Below are positions 8,187-15,030 of a DNA stretch of 30,252 bases, piece after piece. The notes under the pieces were generated by a model. The model was not told the DNA's origin, ran no database searches, and was given only the letters and a program-made list of their open reading frames with translations. The position numbers and the translations under genes are program-made. This stretch comes from a virus, in IMG/VR virus record IMGVR_UViG_3300017783_004405, positions 1 to 30,252 of that record; one strand, given 5' to 3'. The first letter of the stretch is position 1; the number at the start of each line of letters is the position of its first letter.

Positions 8187-8281
8187 TTTGTTCCTCCTCC
8201 TCTATACTGTAGTGGCCATGTTATATGCATTCCAAATGTTAGTAATGTAATAAATCCAAAGACAAATAATGCGCTCATCAT
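8183..8281 (-). CDS. Tiny membrane peptide (32 aa)
   Basis: MMSALFVFGFITLLTFGMHITWPLQYRGGGTK*; stop overlaps the gnd start (ATGA) and start overlaps the upstream ORF stop. Confidence 0.45.
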   Translation of the reverse strand: MMSALFVFGFITLLTFGMHITWPLQYRGGGTK

Positions 8282-8487
8282 AGTTGTATATTTAACCAGG
8301 GTAACAGTGGTGGAACTACTCCAATGAGTCGAAGAAGACCCTCAGCAAAAAGTGCGAGAACAACCCAACCAACACACATACTGATAATTCCAGCATTACG
8401 ATTGTGCTTTCGTATGGCATCGTCAATCATCTCCTGACATTCTTTTTTTGTCACCCACTCAGGTGGTTCTCCCCAATTTTTGAACAT
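8278..8487 (-). CDS. Small membrane protein, hypothetical
   Basis: 69 aa; TM IISMCVGWVVLALFAEGLLRLIGVV. Confidence 0.6.
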   Translation of the reverse strand: MFKNWGEPPEWVTKKECQEMIDDAIRKHNRNAGIISMCVGWVVLALFAEGLLRLIGVVPPLLPWLNIQL

Positions 8488-8810
8488 TAGTTAACGTGAA
8501 TAGTACCAGTCATACCTGCTCCCTGATGGGGACCACAGAAGAAGTTATAATCTCCTGCGTCAGCAAATACAACGTCTTGTGTTTCTCCAGGAGCAAACAG
8601 TAGTGCTTCTCTGGAGAGATCTGCACGACCCTCTACAATAATATTATGTGGAGGTAATGCTTCATTGATGAAGTGAACAGTATCACCTGCAGAAATTGTG
8701 ATCTCATTCGGTTCAAATGCTAAGTTTCCACCAGCACCCATTGATACATCCACTGCCCAAACAGGAAGCGCAAAAAATAGTGTAGCCAAAAATGCAACAA
8801 AGAATTTCAT
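8487..8810 (-). CDS. petE: Plastocyanin (type-1 copper protein) with signal peptide
   Basis: Signal MKFFVAFLATLFFALPVWA; copper-site context PPHNIIVEG and YNFFCGPHQGAGMTGTIHV. Confidence 0.96.
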   Translation of the reverse strand: MKFFVAFLATLFFALPVWAVDVSMGAGGNLAFEPNEITISAGDTVHFINEALPPHNIIVEGRADLSREALLFAPGETQDVVFADAGDYNFFCGPHQGAGMTGTIHVN

Positions 8811-8890
8811 ATTTCTCTTGCGACTACACTATCTATAGGACATTCTGCCTTATAAATCAACCATTTGTTTGAACTTCCTAACTTAGTAGG

Positions 8891-9205
8891 TCAATCAATT
8901 TGTTTTTCTTTCTTCTCCAATGTAGGTGCTTGCTTTGATTCTTTTTCATCCTTCTTCTTAGAAGGCATGACACCAAAGGTAGCTAGAGTTCCAGTAAAAA
9001 CACTGGCAATAAAAGTTGGATCAATATTTTTTTGAGGAACACCAGGAACAGTTACATAATTAAGAGTCAGAATTGCTGCTGACCACCCAAGAATAATAAC
9101 TCGGACAAGAGTTGATACACCCTCATCCGCCCACTCAAATTTGTTTTCCTTTTTGGCTTCCTCTTTCTTTTTCGGATTTGATTCCATTGGAAAGAAGCGA
9201 CGCAT
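8891..9205 (-). CDS. Holin-like small membrane protein (tentative)
   Basis: 104 aa; two hydrophobic segments (STLVRVIILGWSAAILTLNYV; FIASVFTGTLATFGVM) with charged Lys/Glu-rich termini; near a lysozyme-like gene. Confidence 0.4.
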   Translation of the reverse strand: MRRFFPMESNPKKKEEAKKENKFEWADEGVSTLVRVIILGWSAAILTLNYVTVPGVPQKNIDPTFIASVFTGTLATFGVMPSKKKDEKESKQAPTLEKKEKQID

Positions 9206-9211
9206 ATTTAT

Positions 9212-9907
9212 TTATTTAATAAAACCGTTCTCTTCCAACCACTCTCTAGTCATTGGGGTTGGTTCATAATCAGACCACATAGCACCTGCAGCACATGATT
9301 CAAGTGCATCTTGTGTCATACCTTCAGTCTTCCCTGCCCATGTTGCTTCCTTTTCCCAGGGCCATGCTGACTCAGGATAGGTGCGTTCTACCATCTCTCT
9401 CCAGAGCATAGGCACTTCATCTTCTGGCATGATGATAGCAATCATACTATTATCAATAGTTCCTGCCATACAATCTTGTGCAGCGTGCCATCCTTCATGC
9501 CTTAACACACTCATCAATACACCAGGACGACCCATAAATCTTTTGTTCAAAAAGAAGTTATTAGAAACAGTATGATACACTCCTCGGTGTCCTACTGGAA
9601 AATACTTCTCTGGTGCTAGAAACACCTTAACTCCGATTGTGTTAAGGGAAACAAGCATTGAGTTGAACTCAAGAGCAAAAGGAGTAAAAGACTCAGTATT
9701 GGGATACTGACTAGAAACATCCAAAAGATTATTGATTTCTTGAACTCCATCAGTACATTCTCCCAGTAGCATACATCCCATTGCATCCATACTGTAGTAA
9801 CCTTGTGTCAGGTTTTCTTCAGCCCGAACTGGTGTCGTCCCTAATAGGCACGTACCAATTAGGATTGAGCTCAAGGCATTTTTCAAGTTTGTAAACCTTT
9901 TCATCAT
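9212..9907 (-). CDS. Exported protein with HExxH zinc-metallopeptidase-like motif
   Basis: Signal-like ALSSILIGTCLLGTTPVRAEE; VLMSVLRHEGWHAAQDCMAG contains HEGWH. Confidence 0.6.
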   Translation of the reverse strand: MMKRFTNLKNALSSILIGTCLLGTTPVRAEENLTQGYYSMDAMGCMLLGECTDGVQEINNLLDVSSQYPNTESFTPFALEFNSMLVSLNTIGVKVFLAPEKYFPVGHRGVYHTVSNNFFLNKRFMGRPGVLMSVLRHEGWHAAQDCMAGTIDNSMIAIIMPEDEVPMLWREMVERTYPESAWPWEKEATWAGKTEGMTQDALESCAAGAMWSDYEPTPMTREWLEENGFIK

Positions 9908-10103
9908 GTGTCTCCTTCAAATAAGTTTGGAATTTTTCTTCGATATTGTTTGTGTTTGTATTACCTTGACTTACCCAGTCATGACAAAATTCATACACTG
10001 CACGGCAGTGGTCTTCTAGATGGTGACTTAGAGCACGAAACACTGCAGCACGCAATTGCATACGATCATCAGCGTATCTCCAGTCTTTTGGAAACTCGGA
10101 CAT
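9819..10103 (-). CDS. Hypothetical protein
   Basis: 94 aa ORF overlapping the next gene by 89 nt in another frame. Confidence 0.5.
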   Translation of the reverse strand: MSEFPKDWRYADDRMQLRAAVFRALSHHLEDHCRAVYEFCHDWVSQGNTNTNNIEEKFQTYLKETHDEKVYKLEKCLELNPNWYVPIRDDTSSG

Positions 10104-10176
10104 AGCAAAAAATAGTTCTTACCTTATATATGATAGCATGGCAAATAATTTTATCAACCATTTCTAAGTGGTATGT

Positions 10177-10860
10177 TTAATATACTGGAATAAAAATAAC
10201 TTGTGTCTGTCTGATTTCTTTTTTAAACTGATTTGTGACAGTACTTTGCCCATGGGGTATTAGAGAGTCAAAAAGAACTGCTCTGTTTGCTTTCCCCTGT
10301 ACCTTGTGTATTATATTAGCACAATCTTTTGAAGTCAATAAAGTATTGTGATTAATTTTATGCTCGTAAAAATTTAAACCTTCACCTTTTTCATAGTTTC
10401 TATTTAGAAATACTACAATTGCTAATTGACTTTTAGATTTTTTATCAATATAGGAATCAGCATGAATTCCATAATAATTTTTTTCTAAATCCAATTCATC
10501 TGTAAAATTAAAACAATTTACAATTATCTCTTTACTAATTTTAATTAATTTAGATGGATATTGAATTGTTTCACTAACTAACTTTTTTAATTGTTTACTA
10601 TTTTCATATGGAATCTCTGTTCCAATCATATTTGAACAATAGCATTTTCTTGCATCAAAATATTTTTTATTGTTATCAGACTCATGATATACCAGTGTCA
10701 TAGGAAGTTTCTCTATTTCAATCAAAACTTTCTCAATATTATTATAAAAATTATCTATGACAGTTATGTTTGCAATTCCTATATCTTTTGTTTTTATTTC
10801 TAAGGAATTACTTAATTGAAATACCTTATTATCAAAAAGATATTCTTTAGAAATTATCAT
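10177..10860 (-). CDS. Putative 2OG-Fe(II) oxygenase-like protein
   Basis: 227 aa; YYGIHADSY (HxD) followed by SLIPHGQST (distal His) and a C-terminal RQTQVIFIPV strand. Confidence 0.5.
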   Translation of the reverse strand: MIISKEYLFDNKVFQLSNSLEIKTKDIGIANITVIDNFYNNIEKVLIEIEKLPMTLVYHESDNNKKYFDARKCYCSNMIGTEIPYENSKQLKKLVSETIQYPSKLIKISKEIIVNCFNFTDELDLEKNYYGIHADSYIDKKSKSQLAIVVFLNRNYEKGEGLNFYEHKINHNTLLTSKDCANIIHKVQGKANRAVLFDSLIPHGQSTVTNQFKKEIRQTQVIFIPVY

Positions 10861-11435
10861 GCAAATATTAATTTTTTAGTGTAATCCCAGGCATAAACCT
10901 CTCGATTACCTTTGATACCCCAACCCAACCAACGATAAGCAGGTTTCATATAATACGATATGCTTTGTCCACCACCTTCAAATCGTGGAAGGACTTTTTG
11001 GAAGATAGGTTCGTTAATCATCCACCGAGTTTGACCTTCCAAACTACTAGGGTCACAAACATACTTAGCACAGAAGTTTCCAAGACCTTTGTACCGACCG
11101 ATAGAAGTCCATTGGATCAACCCATACCCACCAACCTTACATTCAGTATAGGAAACACGAGCACCACCTTCACAGATGTTGGGGATGAACTTTGATTCTT
11201 GCTGAATATTACCCATGATTGTTGCTAGTGCATTACGATCAGTGATAAGTGTATATTCTTGTAGTTGTTCTAAAACATACTGTTCTTCAGGGGTGCAGGT
11301 AGGGCACTGCCACTGAGGCACAACCTCAATGGTTGGTACTTCAACATCTTCCACTAAAGTAGTAATGGGAAGACTGGGAGATGCTGAAGCAGAAAGTGAT
11401 GCTAGTGTAGCTGTAATTAATAATGTTTTAATCAT
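10857..11435 (-). CDS. Exported lysozyme-like protein (phage tail lysozyme-type), candidate endolysin
   Basis: Signal MIKTLLITATLASLSASASPS; ALATIMGNIQQESKFIPNICEGG...GYGLIQWTSIGRYKGLGNFC. Confidence 0.75.
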   Translation of the reverse strand: MIKTLLITATLASLSASASPSLPITTLVEDVEVPTIEVVPQWQCPTCTPEEQYVLEQLQEYTLITDRNALATIMGNIQQESKFIPNICEGGARVSYTECKVGGYGLIQWTSIGRYKGLGNFCAKYVCDPSSLEGQTRWMINEPIFQKVLPRFEGGGQSISYYMKPAYRWLGWGIKGNREVYAWDYTKKLIFA

Positions 11436-11480
11436 ATACGTCTCAAAGGATTATTATCCTATTACTATATTTTTAAATTG

Positions 11481-11672
11481 TCAAGGTAGCAGTGACTCTA
11501 CCGTAATATCTGATTGTCGTATCTTATTATAGTGGGTACATAGTATTTCACTTGATTGATGTTCCCACCGATGATAGGCATCCTTTAAGTTTTGAACATA
11601 ATCTGAACCACTATTGTCTTTCATTTCTTCAGCAACAATGGTTTTGATTAGGACTTCTCTTGTTAAGTACAT
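11481..11672 (-). CDS. Hypothetical protein
   Basis: 63 aa ORF in minus chain. Confidence 0.45.
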   Translation of the reverse strand: MYLTREVLIKTIVAEEMKDNSGSDYVQNLKDAYHRWEHQSSEILCTHYNKIRQSDITVESLLP

Positions 11673-11801
11673 ACCATGAGATTTATATCCAACAAAAAAC
11701 TTACTATAAAAAAATTAAGTTATTTAATACACTCACTAAGTTTTTCTTGGCTGACTTCCCATTTTTGGGATGTTATTATTTATTATGGAATAATTGTATC
11801 A

Positions 11802-11963
11802 TCAATAACGATATTCACTAATTCTATCCAATACTTTATTAAGATACTTATGTGCTAAGTCCTTTTCTTTTTGCCACACTGCTTTTGATTCATTATCAAC
11901 TTCATGCTTGAGTTTAAGAACATGACATAATAATTCATCCTTGTTCAATTGGTTCTTTGGCAT
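11802..11963 (-). CDS. Small hypothetical protein (53 aa, not in ORF track)
   Basis: MPKNQLNKDELLCHVLKLKHEVDNESKAVWQKEKDLAHKYLNKVLDRISEYRY*. Confidence 0.5.
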   Translation of the reverse strand: MPKNQLNKDELLCHVLKLKHEVDNESKAVWQKEKDLAHKYLNKVLDRISEYRY

Positions 11964-12013
11964 ACAATAAAAAAGACTCTACTCAGTATATAGAGCAAAG
12001 TCTTTTTTGTCAG

Positions 12014-12142
12014 TCAGTGACTTGGTATTTGTGCGGGTATCAACATACCACCATCAAAATGGTCATCATCATCAGCACCTCCGTCCGAGAGTACTGCTCC
12101 AATAATAAAGCTTCCCAAAAGGATAGATGCTAACAATAACAT
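12014..12142 (-). CDS. Small membrane peptide (42 aa, not in ORF track)
   Basis: MLLLASILLGSFIIGAVLSDGGADDDDHFDGGMLIPAQIPSH*, immediately downstream of the small hli gene. Confidence 0.5.
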   Translation of the reverse strand: MLLLASILLGSFIIGAVLSDGGADDDDHFDGGMLIPAQIPSH

Positions 12143-12250
12143 TTACCATACTCCTGGAATGATTTGTCCTGTAGATGCGTAAGCACCCATTGCTGCAATG
12201 ACTCCAATCATTGCTGCCCAACCGTTGATGCGTTCTGCGTTTTCGTTCAT
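12143..12250 (-). CDS. hli: High-light-inducible protein, short (35 aa)
   Basis: MNENAERINGWAAMIGVIAAMGAYASTGQIIPGVW*: phage Hli signature (ExxNGxxAMxG...TGQIIPG). Missed by the ORF track. Confidence 0.88.
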   Translation of the reverse strand: MNENAERINGWAAMIGVIAAMGAYASTGQIIPGVW

Positions 12251-12396
12251 TTGTTTTGCTCCTGTGTTTTGTTGTAGATAATGACTCTGCCATTTTCATG
12301 AGTGAATACTAGTTCATCATCATGTGCCCAACAGAGTTCTTCGTAAAGGGCATTTAGTCTCTCCATATCATCATAGAGTTGATTGCAATTATGCAT
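12247..12396 (-). CDS. Small hypothetical protein (49 aa)
   Basis: MHNCNQLYDDMERLNALYEELCWAHDDELVFTHENGRVIIYNKTQEQNK*; ATGA overlap with hli. Confidence 0.5.
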   Translation of the reverse strand: MHNCNQLYDDMERLNALYEELCWAHDDELVFTHENGRVIIYNKTQEQNK

Positions 12397-12682
12397 ATTT
12401 TTCTACAAGTCGTTTAATATTTTGAGTAATGTTTAATCCACCGACTTGTTCTTCAATGACACAATCAAGATCATCACCTTTCACAACTACAAGAACAGGA
12501 GTTGCATAAATCCCATATCTTTTAGCAAGGTCACGATTTTCTTGTGGAATTGGAGTGTCACTAAAGTCTTCCAAATCAACCTTTTCAACAATACTCGTAT
12601 CCAGTTTAATTGAATCTAGATATTTGTCTACTAGATTGCAAGGACCACAAGACTTTTTAGAAAAAAGATAAAATTTATTCAT
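12389..12682 (-). CDS. Thioredoxin/glutaredoxin-fold protein (NrdC-like)
   Basis: FSKKSCGPCNLVDKYL (CxxC active site) and YGIYATPVLVVVKG (cis-Pro). Confidence 0.85.
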   Translation of the reverse strand: MNKFYLFSKKSCGPCNLVDKYLDSIKLDTSIVEKVDLEDFSDTPIPQENRDLAKRYGIYATPVLVVVKGDDLDCVIEEQVGGLNITQNIKRLVEKYA

Positions 12683-12975
12683 CAGTAAAGATTTTCTTCT
12701 TGCTCAGTTGCGATTACACAATCACTTGTAGCATAAGCAACACAAGTCAATACAAATCCTTCTTCCATCTGGTCATCATCCAAAAAGGATTGATCAGATT
12801 GATCAACAGTACCCGAAATTACTTTACCAGCACATGATGAACAAGCACCAGCACGACAAGAATAATTCATATCAAGACCTGCTTCTTCAGCAGCATCTAA
12901 AATATACTGATCAGGTTCACAAGGAACTTCTTGTTCATCTCCATCTGGGGTGCGAAATGTGATAGTAAAAGGCAT
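12682..12975 (-). CDS. petF: Plant-type 2Fe-2S ferredoxin
   Basis: [51 protein letters not shown]: CX4CX2C...C cluster ligands. Confidence 0.96.
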   Translation of the reverse strand: MPFTITFRTPDGDEQEVPCEPDQYILDAAEEAGLDMNYSCRAGACSSCAGKVISGTVDQSDQSFLDDDQMEEGFVLTCVAYATSDCVIATEQEENLY

Positions 12976-13061
12976 TAATAAGTCTCGGATAATTGTTCTA
13001 CAGAATATGCAAACAAAACAAAGAAGGCAATTGAGGTAATTGTAAGGAAAATTTGAGTCAT
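12975..13061 (-). CDS. Tiny membrane peptide (28 aa)
   Basis: [28 protein letters not shown], between petF and hli. Confidence 0.4.
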   Translation of the reverse strand: MTQIFLTITSIAFFVLFAYSVEQLSETY

Positions 13062-13089
13062 TGTCAAGTATTTCTTGCTACGTTACAAA

Positions 13090-13308
13090 TCAGAATCCGA
13101 AGACACCAAAGAAAAATACACTACCACTGACACTATAAGAGATAACAGCAGCAACAAATCCAAGCATAGCAGTGCGTCCATTTAGTTTCTCGGCTCTCTC
13201 TGCATAACTCTCATATCCATAACGCTCTGCGTCGGTCTTAGAAATATACATTTGTGGTTCAGTGGCATACATGTTTGTGCGTCCACCGTCTTCTGTTGTT
13301 ACAGTCAT
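13090..13308 (-). CDS. hli: High-light-inducible protein, long form (72 aa)
   Basis: YAERAEKLNGRTAMLGFVAAVISYSVSGSVFFFGVF: chlorophyll-binding motif ExxNGRxAMxGF. Confidence 0.92.
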   Translation of the reverse strand: MTVTTEDGGRTNMYATEPQMYISKTDAERYGYESYAERAEKLNGRTAMLGFVAAVISYSVSGSVFFFGVFGF

Positions 13309-13376
13309 GTTACACTCCGTAATGAATCTTTACATAGTATATAGGAAACATAAAGTTTTGTCAAGAAATTCTTCAT

Positions 13377-13589
13377 TCATTTACTAGTCATACCCAACTC
13401 ATAGCAAGAAGATGTTGCTAGTTTTGGATTCTTTTTCAATACTCTGTAAGCATGACCATGAACGTCTGCCTCTAAAGTAAGGTGTGCTTTAGTGTGAACA
13501 ATCTGAATCACCAACAGAAACCCAACCAACGAAAGGTTAACCATAGTTACTGGGTGACCCAGTACGTATAAAATTTTTTTCATAAGCAT
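13377..13589 (-). CDS. Small membrane protein, hypothetical
   Basis: 70 aa; TM VTMVNLSLVGFLLVIQIV. Confidence 0.5.
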   Translation of the reverse strand: MLMKKILYVLGHPVTMVNLSLVGFLLVIQIVHTKAHLTLEADVHGHAYRVLKKNPKLATSSCYELGMTSK

Positions 13590-13593
13590 AAAA

Positions 13594-13615
13594 AAAAGGG
13601 GTCCGTAGACCCCTT
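13594..13615 (-). terminator. Rho-independent terminator downstream of the exported beta-barrel-like gene
   Basis: AAAGGGGTC-CGTA-GACCCCTTT with a long T run on the minus strand. Confidence 0.85.
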
Positions 13616-13639
13616 TATCATATCACACTGTCAAGTGAA

Positions 13640-14011
13640 TCAGAAGGAGTACTTGACACCCAACTTAGCACCGTATCCACGATCGATATCGGAATCACCA
13701 GAACCGACGAATGAGACTTCACCATACGCACCAAGGGCATCGGTCAGTGCAAGACCAAGACCTGCCTTACCAGAAGGAACAGTATCACTTTCAGCACCAT
13801 CAGGACTGACCAGAGTAGCACCACCCTGAACGTAGTAAGAAGCACTCTCACCGAGTTCTCCTTCGTAACCTACGTGAAGGTCAGTTGCGGTTCCTGAGTA
13901 ATCAGAACCAGTCCAACCTGAGTTTGCTTCGACGTTGACGTAGGGACCAGCAAATGCTGCACCAGCTGAAACGGACAGAGCAGCAGTTGCTGCGAATACA
14001 GATTTAATCAT
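13640..14011 (-). CDS. Short exported porin/OmpA-like beta-barrel protein
   Basis: Signal MIKSVFAATAALSVSAGAAFAGPYVNVEANSGW; alternating strands; ends GYGAKLGVKYSF with terminal Phe typical of OMPs. Confidence 0.6.
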   Translation of the reverse strand: MIKSVFAATAALSVSAGAAFAGPYVNVEANSGWTGSDYSGTATDLHVGYEGELGESASYYVQGGATLVSPDGAESDTVPSGKAGLGLALTDALGAYGEVSFVGSGDSDIDRGYGAKLGVKYSF

Positions 14012-14061
14012 TGAATTTACCTCTTAAATATTTACTTGCGGAATCTCACCCGCAGATGAAA

Positions 14062-14080
14062 AGAACCTCGACGTGGTTCT
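14062..14080 (-). other. Hairpin with trailing T-run on minus strand (terminator-like or leader structure)
   Basis: Minus strand AGAACC-ACGTCGA-GGTTCT-TTTC, ~50 nt upstream of ORF 13640..14011. Confidence 0.45.
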
Positions 14081-14187
14081 GTTTATTATAACTACCATTG
14101 GACTAGTTCAAGTTTGCGGAATTCGTCTATGGAAAAATTGGCACATGTGACAATTGTTGTAATTATTAACATTGTCGCATACGCATT

Positions 14188-14195
14188 TATTTATA
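14188..14195 (-). promoter_or_regulatory. Late-promoter-like TATAAATA box
   Basis: TATTTATA on + in context TTATTTATAATACTA, same 15-mer as upstream of psbA. Confidence 0.45.
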
Positions 14196-14211
14196 ATACT
14201 ATAGAACTTAC

Positions 14212-15018
14212 TTATTGTCCAGAAGATAGTTTTTCTTGTTCTGGACTCTGAGTAATTCTTCCAAGATACGGATCATAATTCATGATATCCGCAATCTTTA
14301 CGTTTGCACCGTTCTGTTCCCAGAACTGCAATAGACCATCATGACTCGAACGATGAAAAATGTCAATATGTTCGGGATGAATCGATGATCCAAGGGCAAG
14401 TTTATACAATAGCAATGGAACAGAGAAAGTATTGCCAGAATTATAAATTAAATCATCGGCAACTGCTCTGGGTTTTACTCCATTATCAAGTTTATACTTG
14501 TTATCCCTTACATGAAATTTTAGCAGTTTTTCTGCATGATGTCTAGTAATCATATAGCAAGCAGTTGAAAAGTCATTTACAAACCTCTTATGAAGAGGAA
14601 CATGCAAAGGTCCTGTACAAATAATTGCTAACTGAATAACGTCCCAATCAAAAGGAACGAGAGATGTAAATTGACTCCAAGTAAAATCCCAATGCTTTAC
14701 AATTTGAAGATCAACGTCATCCTCCATCATGATAGCATAAGGAGCATCAGATGTGTCAAGAAAATGTTTAATTGCTTTTAAATGAGATGTTGTACATCCA
14801 ATTTCACCGGAAGTCATCTTTTCTGGATAACGTCCTTTTATAATATCACTTAAATCATCTTCCCTACCATCGTATGCAGAAATACGTTCATAGTTTTCAA
14901 TCTCCCAATATTTAAATTGGTCTTCCATATATTCCTTTCTATCTGGTTGCCCATCAAGATTCAAATAATAGATTGGACCAATTCCCTTGAGTTTATATGC
15001 TGATTTGTTTTTATCCAT
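14212..15018 (-). CDS. Glycosyltransferase family 25 (LPS biosynthesis type)
   Basis: IYYLNLDGQPDRKEYMEDQF, SAYDGREDD, SGEIGCTTSHLKAIKHF, APYAIMMEDDVDL. Confidence 0.88.
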   Translation of the reverse strand: MDKNKSAYKLKGIGPIYYLNLDGQPDRKEYMEDQFKYWEIENYERISAYDGREDDLSDIIKGRYPEKMTSGEIGCTTSHLKAIKHFLDTSDAPYAIMMEDDVDLQIVKHWDFTWSQFTSLVPFDWDVIQLAIICTGPLHVPLHKRFVNDFSTACYMITRHHAEKLLKFHVRDNKYKLDNGVKPRAVADDLIYNSGNTFSVPLLLYKLALGSSIHPEHIDIFHRSSHDGLLQFWEQNGANVKIADIMNYDPYLGRITQSPEQEKLSSGQ

Positions 15019-15030
15019 ATATTTCTCCTA

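Noticed and set aside
8070-8327. ORF 8070..8327 (+)
   Set aside because: Antisense to the gnd 5' end and the following small minus-strand ORFs; no RBS or recognisable domain.
12072-12299. ORF 12072..12299 (-), 75 aa
   Set aside because: Out-of-frame reading over the small hli gene and its neighbour; the alternative frames give a recognisable Hli and coupled small ORFs.
13635-13829. ORF 13635..13829 (+), Pro/Arg/Ser-rich 64 aa
   Set aside because: Antisense to the exported barrel-like gene; composition is typical of reverse-complement artefact.
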